This document shows, in pieces, positions 39,924 through 51,700 of a stretch of DNA of 64,000 nt. Made by a program: the position numbers and the translations under genes. This stretch comes from Camelus dromedarius (taxonomy: Eukaryota). The stretch is taken from the NCBI RefSeq assembly GCF_036321535.1, contig NC_087443.1, positions 80,848,001 through 80,912,000 on the forward strand. The letters are read 5' to 3'. Position 1 is the first letter of the stretch, and each line of letters opens with the position of its first letter. The notes under the pieces are model-generated. The model saw nothing but the letters and a program-made list of their open reading frames with translations, had not been told where the DNA came from and searched no databases.

Positions 39924-40619
39924 AGTAGATCATTTCTCAGTTTAATATCCTCTGATATTTGGGGTCAAGGACTCTTTCCTTGGGAGGACGGTACAATTTC
40001 TAGAGCTAAAATTATTAACGTTAGTAATAATACATGACGTTCAAGTGAATGGAGATGAACAGGTCCCTGTCACAGAGGCAGGTGTACACAGAGCTTCTGC
40101 TCACTGTGGGTGGTGAGGTCGCTGGGTGGGGCAGGCGGGTTTCCTCTCCCGGGGGCCCTGAGCTGGGTGACACCTGAGAGCCATGGTTGTCTCCTCTCAT
40201 TTCCACACATGGGGTCAGCCTCTGGGCCCACAAGGCACACAGTACATCTTTGTCAAGTCAGTTCAAGAAAGAAATGAAATCAGAACCCTGTTCACCGCGC
40301 ACCCACCGAGTCTTTCTGTGTCAAGTCAGCAGAGCCTGGTGCTGGATTGATGCAGAGACCCGAGCCTGTCCTCCAGGAACTTTGCCGGGGAGGCAGCGGT
40401 GTCGGTGAGTAACCACATGGGGCACAGAGGGAGCAACAGAAATATACAAAAGGCACAGAAGAATGATGGAGAAGCTCTGCAATCAAAGCACGAGGGAAGG
40501 TTTCACGGGGAGGAGGCAGATGATCTTGTGATTTGCCTGCTTCAAAGGCCACCTCCCTTTTTGGCCCCTTAGAAAGGCTGAGTGCCCGGTACTGGCTCAC
40601 CTGACCTTGCCGTGGTGGG

Positions 40620-40900
40620 GAGTGTGCTGCCCGCTGGATTGCTCCTGGGAAAGACCTGTCCTCCCTGACACTGAGAGCAGGGTGAGGAAGACTCCCTCTC
40701 CTCCATCTCTGAACACAGCTGTGTGAAGAAGTGTGATTGCAGGAGCTGGGCAGCTGTTCTGTAACCATGAGGAAATGAAAGGCAGTTTGTTATCAGTAAG
40801 AGGGATGGGAAGAGCTGGGGCCTCGATGTCCCGGCCTCCAGCTGACTTTCCTCAGAACGCCTGTGCCCCATGACCACACCAAGTGTGCCACAGCCATGAG
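40620..40900. mobile_element. Possible MLT1-like LTR remnant
   Basis: gctgtgtgaagaagtgtgattgcaggagctgggcagctgttctgtaaccatgagg resembles MLT1 LTR motifs; weak match. Confidence 0.4.
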
Positions 40901-40949
40901 CAACCACAGATGGTGAGCTTGTAACGTTTTCATATGCAAAACTGAGGCT

Positions 40950-41530
40950 TGTTTTAGCAAATGAATAAAAATGTAAAGGAAATAAAAATCACTGATAGTT
41001 CTGTGACTCAGAAGTATGTTAATATTTTAGTATAATTCTTTCTAGCTTTTTCACCAGTGTGTTTAAAATCAATTTTTTTACTTTGTAATTTTTATTTTTT
41101 TATTGAAGTACCGACACTTACAGTGTGTTATTCCTGATGTACAGCACCATGTCCCAGTCATGCATATACATACGTATGTTTATAAAATCAGTTTATATTC
41201 TACTTTTTAAATTTAACCTTACATCATGAGCATTTTATCATGTTATTGAATGCTTTTTTTAAAGAAGGAGTTTTTAAGGGTCTGTGTTGAATGGGGACGC
41301 CATAATCGTGACTCCCCCGTCCTGGTGACTGTCCAGGTGGTTTGTGAGCTGTCATTGGGCTGCCGTCACGTGAGCATCCTTGTGAACCTGGGGACCGTTT
41401 CTTTAAGCCTTCTGACTTCTTCCCCTGTGGCTCTTGCCCCTGTGACGCCCTTTCTCCCTGGCACAGCCACTTCTGAAACCAAATGTGTTCATGTGACCCC
41501 CTTAAAGGGGTGTGCTTTAGGACAAGAAAG
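40950..41530 (-). mobile_element. Old L1 3' end (L1ME-like) with a nested younger L1 3' end at about 41085-41180
   Basis: gaaataaaaatcactgatag...ttaatattttagtataattctttctag, plus nested ttttttattgaagtaccgacacttacag...cagcaccatgtcccagtcatgcatatac (same family as 4735). Confidence 0.7.
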
Positions 41531-41669
41531 CACTTGCACAGACTCTCCTGGCCCCTCAGCCCTTGCTCTTTGACCACTAAACTCCAGACTCCAGCTGGAC
41601 TGACCCACAGTCCTTATGCGTATACTGAGCGACCCCAGTCTGGCGTGGTGCCAAGCAGGCTGTCAGACC

Positions 41670-41860
41670 GCTGCCTCTGGAGCCAGATGCCGGGTTTGAG
41701 CCCGAGCTCCACCACCTACTTCTCTGCCCTGTGCCTCATTCCCAGGTGTAGATGGGGCAGGATGGTACCTGTCACAGGGGTTCTGGAGGATTGAATGAGC
41801 TGATCTATAGGAAGTTCTTAGAACAGCATCCACTCTGGAGTACGCTCTTGAATGTTAGCT
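41670..41860 (+). mobile_element. MIR SINE
   Basis: ctctggagccagatgccgggtttgagcccgagctcc...ctctgccctgtgcctcatt...ggtacctgtcacaggggttctggaggattgaatgag...cttagaacag. Confidence 0.8.
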
Positions 41861-42333
41861 GGTGCTTCTGGTGGTGACGATGACAAAGGTGTTACTGCTT
41901 CCTGAAATGGCTGTGGGTGCCAGCATCGCTCCCTCCTCCTCTCCTTTTTGCCCCGCCTCTCCTGACTCTCACACTGTGCAGCCATCTCTCTGCTCCAGGT
42001 TTGCCCTGGACCCCTCCTCTCCCTGCTTCCAGTGCTTTGAACTGACTGTGCTGTCCTGGTCACACGTCCTTGTCATTACCCCCTCTGCTGGCTGCGTCTT
42101 CAGGGCTCCAAGTCCAGAGGGCAAGGACCACATCTGTCCTGCCTAACTCTGGTGCCCTCAGTGCCAGCCCAGGGGGCACCTGAAACATCTGTTTTTGAGC
42201 TGGAACTCAACTGGGACTGGAATACCAACGCACTCCGTAAAGAGCGACGTGGTTCCCGAGGTTGGAGGGGAACACAAGCATGACGCTCAGGTTTATTTCG
42301 GCTGGCCGCCAGGACCTTGGCCAGACGTTCAGC

Positions 42334-42414
42334 TTGGCCCACAGGCCATGATGGAATTGAAGGTGGTCTTTTCTAAGAATCCTGCCTGAGATACTGCCCA
42401 ACTTGGGTAAATGT
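42334..42414 (+). repeat. Direct repeat, copy A (partner 44907-44987)
   Basis: Ungapped manual alignment gives 66/81 identical, including the exact 24-mer aattgaaggtggtcttttctaaga at 42355 and 44928. Confidence 0.9.
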
Positions 42415-43349
42415 CATAGTACACGGAGCCCCAGGCTGTTTACTCGGAGTTGTCCCCTTGTCCTTCAAGCGCCTCCAGAGCAAGTGGGGACCATGCCCGG
42501 TGTCCGGGAAGCCCACGCGGTTGGCTGGACCTCTCGGAATGGGGCAGGCTCTGGGCGGCCCTGGAAGGGCCCTTCTGCTTGGCTTTCTCTTCAGAAGCAA
42601 TAATCAACTGGTAAACAGTGGTTTTCAAGCAGCCTTTATTCTCCTAAGTATTCTCTGGCCCAGAGTCTGCACTTCTGTGACTGCCTTGCCTCAGACTGTG
42701 AGGGGCTGGCGGGGTTTCGTGTCGTAGTCTGCGCTGATCTGTGAGCCGAGGCTGAGCAGCGTTCTACTCAGTCACCTTAGCGTCAGCCCCGTGGGTCTTG
42801 GAGAGGGTGCTTGTTGTGGACTGTGTCCCCGCGTTCACCTGTTGAGGCACGAACCCCCAGTCCCTCAGAGCGTGCCTGCATTTGGACAGAGGGCCGTTAC
42901 AGAGGTGCTGAGTGGGCCCCGCTCCAGTACCCTGGTGTCCTCGTGGGAAGGGGAGGTGAGGGCAGGGGCCCAGAGGGAGGACCACGTGAAGACACCTGAC
43001 TGTCGGCCGGGGAGGGAGGCCTCGAAGGAGCCAGCCCTGCAACACCTTGACCTCAGACCTCTGCCCCAGAGTTAGCAGCCGTCTGCGGTTCTTTGCTGTG
43101 GCCACTCTAGCAAGCAGGTGACCGTGCATCATCGTGTAAGTAGCTTTCTTTCTCATTGCTGTGGACGTGCCACTGATGGAGAAGTTGTCATCCCTGGTCT
43201 GTCATGTCCTGAACATCACCGCTGTCGGCAGGGTCATGGTGGGTGAGCCAGCATCTCAGGACACAAGGAATTAGGGACAGGGAGTCGCATGGCGTTATAT
43301 AGAGCAGAAAAGCAAAGCTGGAGGAGGCGTCCTCATCTTAAAGCGAAGG

Positions 43350-43515
43350 CTTTTTTTAGAGCAGCAGATCTGAGGGGAAGGCGCCGAGATGTCGCACACA
43401 CCCCCTGCCCCACGTGTGTGCAGCCTCCCCCATCATCGGCACCCCGCCAGAGCAGTCCACGTGTGTCAGTCAACCCACATGGACAGCTCGTGGTCACCCA
43501 GAGTCCAGAGTGTGT
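43350..43515 (-). mobile_element. L1 3' end fragment (L1MB-like)
   Basis: ttttagagcagc...cacaccccctgccccacgtgtgtgcagcctccccca...gtcacccagagtccagag is homologous to the 15785 copy. Confidence 0.7.
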
Positions 43516-44906
43516 CACTTTCCGAAGGCATCTGTTCTTTAAGCAAATCAGATTCAGCAATGATAAAACATGGCTCTGGTGTCACATTTGTCTTGAATCG
43601 TGTGCATTTTTCCACAAAATACTTCTGTGCCTTCATGGACCAGTGAGGCAGGCTCTCCCTCGGCTTCTGTGAACCGGACTGGAGAGTCTGTGAGCCGCCC
43701 TCCCTAGAAAGGAGCCTAATGACATTTCAGGTTCCAGGTGTCTGCAGAACACGTGGGTGATGCCTCCTGCTGTTTCTAAACCATTTTTTCCTGAGCCCGG
43801 TGTCCTGTTGTCTGTGTTTGGCGCTGTCTCACCTGACCCTAGGAACGCGCGGTCCCTGGAGTCGGGGGAGGGCAGTGGATAGTCTGAATTTTCCATCATC
43901 CAAATGCAGTGGCAGCTTCGTGATCAAATCAGAAAATCTGCTCTAATGAACAAGCCGGTGAAAACGATTTCAGATGTGTCATCGCACACACGATGCACCT
44001 TTGTGTCCTCACTGCCCTCTGAGTAGTGCCCTGTCTCCAAGTCTCCTTGTTTAAACTGGGGCTTTGTCATCAGCACCTCCCTTCCCACCTTCCCTGAGAG
44101 CTTAGCGCATCTTCAGTCTGTGTGAGTGTCTGGGGTCACCACCAACTCGGGTCGAATTTTATTGGTATCTTTAGGATCATTGACATTTCCATTTTTGCTT
44201 ATGTTTCTTCCATGGTGGAAAAAAACCGTAATTTGCTTCTGCCACTGCCCTGTGACCTTGAGAACTGCACACAGAGGAGCTCAACAATGAGTTCACTAAG
44301 TGTTAAATAGTTAGATAATTGGTGTCTTAAATGATACAGATTACGCAGGAGTCTTTGAATTTTTGTATAGGTATTTACGAAGTGTTTCAGTGATAATTAG
44401 GGAAGTTGGTTAGAATTTTTTACATAGACTAGGAACTCATTATTTTGCCCAATTACAGTGATGGAGAAGCCCTTGTAAATTCTGTCTACAACACGTTTTC
44501 AGGGTGAATTAGTAGACTTGGAGCGTGAGGAGTGCCTGGGTTTGTCGTTCTCAGCTTCTTGAAGAAATGAACTAAACTCTATGTTATCTCCATAACTCAG
44601 AATGCTCACCTGCAGCTGGGAAACTGCATTTGCAGACAGACTGGTGGTGTCACCATCATGCAGCATGAAATACAGGATGTATCTTACGGGGAGGTTGCCC
44701 CTCGTTCTGGAAGGTTCTTGACTTCCCCTTGGTACAGTCTCCAGGAGAGGCTTCTGCCCTTCCTCCGCATGAGCCGGGAGGCAGCTCAGGCCGGGCGCAG
44801 CTCAGGCGGGCGCAGCAGCGGTGACCTCAGGGCACGGGCTTAGGGGTCTGCAAAATTGAAGGCTTATCCATGATTGACAGATGGCCACACACAGCTGTGT
44901 AGCCCT

Positions 44907-44987
44907 TTGGCCAACAGGCCACGCTGAAATTGAAGGTGGTCTTTTCTAAGACTCCTTCCGGAAACGCTGCCCGTTCTGGGTAAGTGT
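44907..44987 (+). repeat. Direct repeat, copy B (partner 42334-42414)
   Basis: Same alignment as copy A, offset 2573 bp. Confidence 0.9.
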
Positions 44988-45084
44988 AGTAGGACCGGGA
45001 GCCCTGAGCTTGGTGGAAACACGATAGGACGCAGATGGGAGGGTCTGTGGGTATTTTCCTTTCATGAATTTGCGATCCTTGCAG

Positions 45085-45725
45085 ACGTGAAGAACATCAG
45101 TATTTCACGGCCCTGCGCCGGGACTTTTGCGTCTGACGGGCTGCGAGGCGTGACGCTCGCGTTGGCGTCCCGCGTCCTGCCGGCCCGGACCCCTGCCCGG
45201 CGGGGGGGCGGGCTTGCTGACTCCCGCCTCCCCCCTGCAGGTGGGAGCGGCGGCGCGCCGCCCCTCGGCCCGCCCTCCCGGGGCGGGAGGCTGAGCCGCG
45301 GCTCCGCGGGGCGACGTGGGCCACCCCTCGTGTCTCTGCCGTGGTCGCCGTCCTGCGCGGGACCGCGGCACCTCCCGCTTCAGGCTTAGTTTCTGTTCTT
45401 TCCTGAAAACGCAGTTGATTCGGAGCCTTTCACGGAGCGAGTCCGACCGCTTTTGCCACTTAGCCTTTTCCGTGAACTTTCTCCTGTTTTCCGTTTGGCT
45501 CCCGACACCCTCCGTCGCGCCCCGTGCGTGGTGCTGGTGCTGGGCTGGGCTGGGCTGGGCTGGGCTGGGCTGGGCTGGGCCGGCCCGCGCCCGGGGCGGC
45601 GCGCGCTCTCGCTCCGCGGCCCCCCCTGGCGGCGTTAGCAGTCATCGCGTTCGGTGCTCGGGATTCGGATAAGCGGTGTTTGGGCCTCTAGGGTTTTTCA
45701 CGCAGCAGGCGGCCAGTCCCCTAGA
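45085..45725. promoter_or_regulatory. Intragenic CpG island with GC boxes
   Basis: About 640 bp of very high GC and dense CpG. Sp1-type GGGGCGGG at 45205-45212 and 45280-45287, plus CCGCCC motifs near 45258-45275. Confidence 0.75.
45540..45579 (+). repeat. (CTGGG)8 pentanucleotide repeat, G-quadruplex-capable
   Basis: Eight perfect units read directly. Confidence 0.95.
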
Positions 45726-48700
45726 TCTGGAACACTCATGTGGACCAGGCTGCGGCTTGCGCACTGGGGCCAGGCACTGGCCCGCTCCGGGCATCTTTTT
45801 TACTCTTAAGCCCGAGCAGTGCCTCGTTTGTTTACCCAACTCTCCAGCCCTTCTCAGGCGAGTGACCTCAGTGATGACGAGGGTGCTGAGAACGGTGTGG
45901 CCTGTGGGGCAGGCGTAGACCGCACGTTCACCTGTGTGTGCTGTATCTCCAGTATTTACTCAGGATGACTTTCCTCAAATATTTAATAAGAATTAATAAT
46001 TGAATGTACTCTCGCTTCCTTGCTTCGCCCTGGGATCCCGTAAGATCTTTGAAGCTAGAACTAGTTTGGGCCCTTAAGGGGTTTATAGAAATTAGGTATG
46101 TCTGCGTATGGAAAGGGCTGGCGTGGCGGAAGAAATTGAGTCCTTAAGTAATTTGCTATTCCCAGTGATAATTAGGAGAAACCCCTGTTCTAGCTCCATT
46201 TCCCAATCTTTTTTTCCTCACTATTTTAGGAGAGAGTTCTTGAGGTGTTAGCAGCAAATTTTTTTCATGTGGTCTGACTTTGGCGTGTTGTGTTGCCTTG
46301 ATGGGTTATTAAGTTGTCACTTCTAAGAGATGAATGCGGGTTTCAGAGTATGTTGTGCCATATATCACCAAAGTCATCAGAAATGTTTCAGAAAACTGAA
46401 TAAGAGTAAATTCTTTTAAATTTATGATTGAAATTAGCAATTTTATTAGGTCCTTTAGAAAAAAACCCTACAAACTTTTAATGTCTTTTTCAAAATATAC
46501 ACCTTTGTTCTCAGAAGAAGTCTGTAGACTGCCCTCAATTTGTCTTGTGAAAGGACACAGAATTTTAGCAGAATACTCGCACAAGTGCAGGTGCCGTCCG
46601 TAGGCCATCCGCTGGAAGCTTGATGTGCTGGGAGATTTACTGTGCGTCCCCGTGGCCGTCGTTCCCCTAAGTATTAATTTTAACTCCACTAATAAGAAAC
46701 TGAACAAAAGTGGAATTATGAGTTCAGTAGTATTCTATGAAAGGTCAGTTGTTAAAAAGGCAGAGTCTGACATTCTGTGAAAAAGGTGCCTTCATTAATC
46801 ATCCTGATGGGAGACACGGGCGCTCTTGCCCAATAGCAGTGAGCCCTGCAGCGGGCACACTCAGGGCCCGGTGTGCGCATCTTCATGCAAAAACAAGGAT
46901 TATTTAAGTGCATGCCGAGATAATTTGAGGAATTTGTCTTTGCAATTTGAAGATGTATGTTTAATACAGAAATCCGTATGAACTGTGCTTTGCTGTTTGG
47001 AAAAAGGAAAACACCTGTTAATTTCCTAGGATGCATGTGACGGACACCGGGAGCTGTGTTATGTGTAGCTTTGCTGGATCTCAAGGTCACGGTGCATTTC
47101 CGAGGGGGTGAACGGACATCCCCTAAACGTGTCCTCTGCAAATACTGGCAAGCTTCCTTTAGTCTCTTCTGTGCTCTGTATTAACAGCTAAACTTACCAT
47201 AATGTTTGGACACTTTCCTGCAGAGCAGATCATGGCCTGCTTTCTGACTGAGATTCTTCTTCTCTTTGTTGCTGCAGCAGTATGCCTACTGTGTGCACAG
47301 AACTGAGACACAGCACATTCAGTTATCTGAGTATTTTACGTGTCCTGCCAGCTTAGTGGTAAAGCTCAGCACAAGTGCATGAATTATTAAGCAGTTAACT
47401 GGTGACATTCATCAGCTGACCGCCTTTGATTGTGGCCTGTTGACAGGTGGCTTTCCTCCCGCCGCAAAGGCCAGCATCGTAGGGGCTGAGGCCTCTTTCC
47501 TGACCCTCTGTCTGTGCTGCTGCCACTGAACTTCACCGAGAGCATCGGCCAATGCCGAACACTCAGGCTTCCTTCTCAGAAACAGGCCCTTTCAGACACT
47601 TAAAAGCTGACTTCTGCAGGTGGAATGTGTTTTCCCTCGTTCTGTGCCGTCGTGCTGCCTCGTGTCAGGAGGGAAGTGAGGGGGCCCTGCTGTCATTGTC
47701 CCCTTGGCACCCGAGGTGCTCTCTGCCCGGGGGGAGGGTGGGAAGGTGTCTTTAAACATCTCTGTCCAGTCAGCGCCTTAGTGTTTTTGAAGAGTCAGGG
47801 GTGTCTCTCTGCTGTCCTCCGACGGCGACGCTCTCATTAAGTTCATTGCATCTCATGTTCCTTACAGCATTATTAAGTCTTCCTTTGCTCTGGAAGATGG
47901 GGTGGGAGCCAGGCTGTGGCCTAGTGGGGACAGGCCCATTGGCACGTCTGCCTGGGGGTTGGCCCTGAGCGCAGACAGCACAGGGAGTGGCTGGGGTGAA
48001 AGCCGGAGCGGAGCCGGAGCTGCGCTTGTACCCCGCTGGGTGCCGGCCCGGCGCCCTGCCCGCCGCGGGCTCCCGCGGGCTTCCGCACACGGTGCCGGGG
48101 TGCGGGCTCGAGAGCGCGGGCAGCTTGCCAGCTGTCACACCTGGCCGTTCTCGCGGGTTTACAGACGTGGGGGGAAAGACGCTGCCCTGTCTGTCGTGTG
48201 ATGGGAATCCCCGTCGCTGAGAGGACGTCGAATCTCCTCTGAAACACAGAGTTGTGCACGGGGAAGGTTTAGTTCAGTTTCACCGAGATGGAGCACCAGC
48301 GTCTCCGAGGAGTGTAAACTGCTACGTCTGCAGTGTCACCATCCTGTCTCCTCGTTGGCATAATTTTTGCTTAATGGCTGTTTGTGCTACATTGACCAGG
48401 TCCATGGGTTGCTTAACATAAGTGATTACATTTGCTTATGATTAAAAACTTCCTCCATTAGAAAGGCAGCACCCAGGACGTGGAGATGATTTGTTGCCGA
48501 AGCTTCATACCCCATTAGCCACGCCGCCGACTCCACGTCGTCAACTAAGAGTTGTCTAAGAGTTAGGGACACTCGTAATGAGCTGTGTAATAGGGACCCT
48601 CCGACAAGGTGCGGAGAGACCAAGTCCTCTCGGAGCAGCTTCGCTCGCGCACACACAGGGCCAGCGACCGCGTGCCGGCCGGGGGCCGAGGCCTGCCCGT

Positions 48701-51700
48701 GCCAACGGGGAATGGCAGGGGTGACTTGAGTATTTATTACTGGAGCAAGACTTGTTGTAAAAAATTACATACCATTCATGACCAAAATCCTTCAAAACAC
48801 TCTGTCGCCGTTCCCCTCTGAACCCTACAGCTTATGTTTTAAGCAGCTCACGAGTCTCTTGATAGAGCATTAAAAAAAAAAAAACAAAAAAAACCTGTGT
48901 TCCGTTTAACAGGGTTTGTTTGGTTTGGAATGCCACTCCAGTCCTCCCTGACACCACTGGCCCTCATTCGTCCTTGGCTCTGGCATTTGATAGTTTTGGG
49001 TCCCCGCAGCCTGTCCCGCGTACGGTAACACGGGCGATTACGGGGTTTATCGTCGGAGAGCCCTGAGCAGGGAGAAGGAACTTCCTGGAATAATGGCATT
49101 AAATGTGATGGGCGTTTTTGTGACAGACGTAAAATTCTTAATCTTGGAAGCAGGCGGGCCAGGCGGCTGGGGGTTAGCTTTCCCTTCTGACGGCGGGAGT
49201 GGGAGCTTTGTTTTCCTGGGGTGGGTGGGGTTGGGTCTGCTCTGCGAACCTGACTTGGTGACTCTGGGGGATTTGGGGGGAGGGACACCGGACCTGGAGC
49301 CTGAGGGGACGGCGCTCAGCCAGTCCTGACTCTGCCACTTGCTGGCTGTGTGGCCTGGAGGGCGCCGCACACCCTTTTCTAGGTCTCTTGGTAGAAATAA
49401 TGTTAACACCAGTCTCACAACATCTTGGGAGGGATAAAAATCCAGTTGCACTCAACTGAAACTCTGCTTGGTGTGACGGCCCTCCGTCGTCCCTCCTCCA
49501 CGTCCTTGAGCCTCACGGTGGCGTGCGGGCCGCAGGCCCTGGGATGCCTGGTGGGATGTGGTCCTTTGGTTTCCGGGTGGCCGGGGAGCTTGTCATGCTC
49601 CTCCTGGAACTGGGATGGGAGTCAGAGCCCTTCTGCGTCCAGAGGCGGAGCCTGGGGGTCCTGGCCGGCCCTCCCTGGCCAGTGTTGTGTGTGGCCTCAG
49701 GTCCCACTTTTTGTCCCCAGCTCCCCACACATGCTGTAGGATCTCACCTCTTGCGTATGTTTTAAAAACTTTACTATTGAAATTATTATTATTGTAAAGA
49801 ATTACTATTCTTTACTATTGTAAGACACTGTTTCTGAATCAGAGGCTCTGTTGTGGAGATTAAACTTGTTCTGAAGCTCCCAGACATGGCTGCTGTGGGA
49901 CGGTCCAGGGCTCCTTCGCGGTCTCTGCCCTCTGCTCGCAGACAGAGTTGGACAGTGGGTGGCGCAGGCTGGTGGCAGTTATGTCGTCCATGGGTTGCTA
50001 ATTTGGGAGCACCGCAACACAGCTACATACGCTTAACCTTAAAGTTACCCTGCACGGGACAGACTCTGACTCACGAGCCCCTGGTCCCTGCGGGGCCTCG
50101 GGCTCGATCACTAGGAGGAAGGACCGTCCTTGCGCCGGTGGGAATGGACTGTTTCAATGCCTTCATTGCCCAGTAACTGAGGACCTCCCCCCGGCTCTGT
50201 CCAGTGAAGGTGGAACCTTGGCCCCCTGTCTGTCGTCCTGTGTCTGTCACCGCCTGTGTTAGGGCTTAACGCGGTGAAGGGTGGCCGGGCGGGCTTAGGC
50301 TGAGGGCACATCCATGCAAGGACCATAAACAGGACTGGCAGGAGCCTTTGTCCCTTCCCTTTCTGGAGAGCTGGTCCTGTCTCTTCTTCCGCCTTTGCTG
50401 TCCCCTTTCTCTTTCTGCTCCTTGTCATCCTCCCCCCGTGCCCCGCCTTTCTCCTGCTGTCTCTCCTCTGGCAACAAGGGCCCCTCTGAATTCTGCTCAC
50501 TGTGGTTGTCCTGCCTCTGGGAAGCCCACCTCGCTGCCCTGTGCCCAGTCCCCTGCAGCCTCCCCAAGGGTCCTCCCTGAGGGTCCCCTCCTTGGGCTCA
50601 GGGATGGAGCACTTGTCCGTAGGGAGGTTTCCCTCATCTGAAGCCTCCCCGCCTTCCCCCAGCAGATTAAAGCTTTCCACTGGAGGAGAGAGGAGGGAGG
50701 GCCCTTTACAGAACAGCGTGTGACATCCCCCAAGCTGTGAAGACACAGGGCAGCTCCTGGACCAGCTCGTGTCTACAAAAAATGTGAGACGGGGCGGGCG
50801 GGGCAGACGGAGACCTGGCTCATTGCGCGGGAGGCTCTGCCGGGCCCCATGTGGAAACGGAACCGCGCGGTGCGGCAGCTCAACTGTGGACCCTTCCTGC
50901 GACGTGGCGGCGTCTCCTCGTATGCGGAATGTAAAGAATTATAGGTACCTTGAGCTGCTGACAGGTAAAAGACAGTAAAAAAATAGTGAAAGACACAGTC
51001 TACCCCCTGAACTGATCTACAAGGCCATGAAAGCATCACTTTGAATAACACGCGGTAGATGTGTTAGAAAAATGTAATGTTGGTGTGCGGACCCGCAGCC
51101 CCTCTGATCGGAGTTACAATATATCTTGTTGAATGATGAATATGCTGCTGTATGTTTCAACTGCTCGTGTCATATGGCTGAAAGAAAAATATATTGAAAA
51201 TGAATGTAAAATATTGAAATTTAGAAGTTGTTACGCTCAACTATAATTTCTCGTCTCGCATGTGGCAGACATGCTCCTAATTACAGTGTGGAGCATGCAC
51301 CTGTGGCAGATGCCACGTGTGACGGGGGACATAAATTCCTCCCCGATCAGCCTGTGTGCTCCTGTCACAGCCCTGAGATCCTCCAGACGCCACGTGGAGC
51401 AGTGAACCCTGCCCTGCCTTCTCCCAGTGGGCTTGGGGCTCTCATGTGAGATCCTGAATGTCTTGATGACTGAGTGTTGATTTGAAGCAGTTCATCTTGT
51501 GGTGTGGAGCACAGACATGTCGCCATCCAGGAGACCCCGAGTCCCTGGAGTGCCACTCTGGCTGGGATGTGGGCCCTGGTGTGTTGAGGTTGGAGGGACC
51601 CTGCCTGGGGGGGCCCTGACCAGTGCCCCCAGCGGGCTGGACTCAGGTCTGAGACCTGCCGCAGGTGGCAGTTCACAGCCCTCCCGGGGACTCAGCTCTG

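Noticed and set aside
45540-45579. Immunoglobulin switch-like GGGCT array
   Set aside because: Only 40 bp, with no GAGCT units and no Ig context; switch regions are kilobases long.
45085-45725. CpG island as the canonical MGMT promoter or exon 1
   Set aside because: It lies about 20 kb downstream of the first coding exon and does not resemble the recalled MGMT exon 1.
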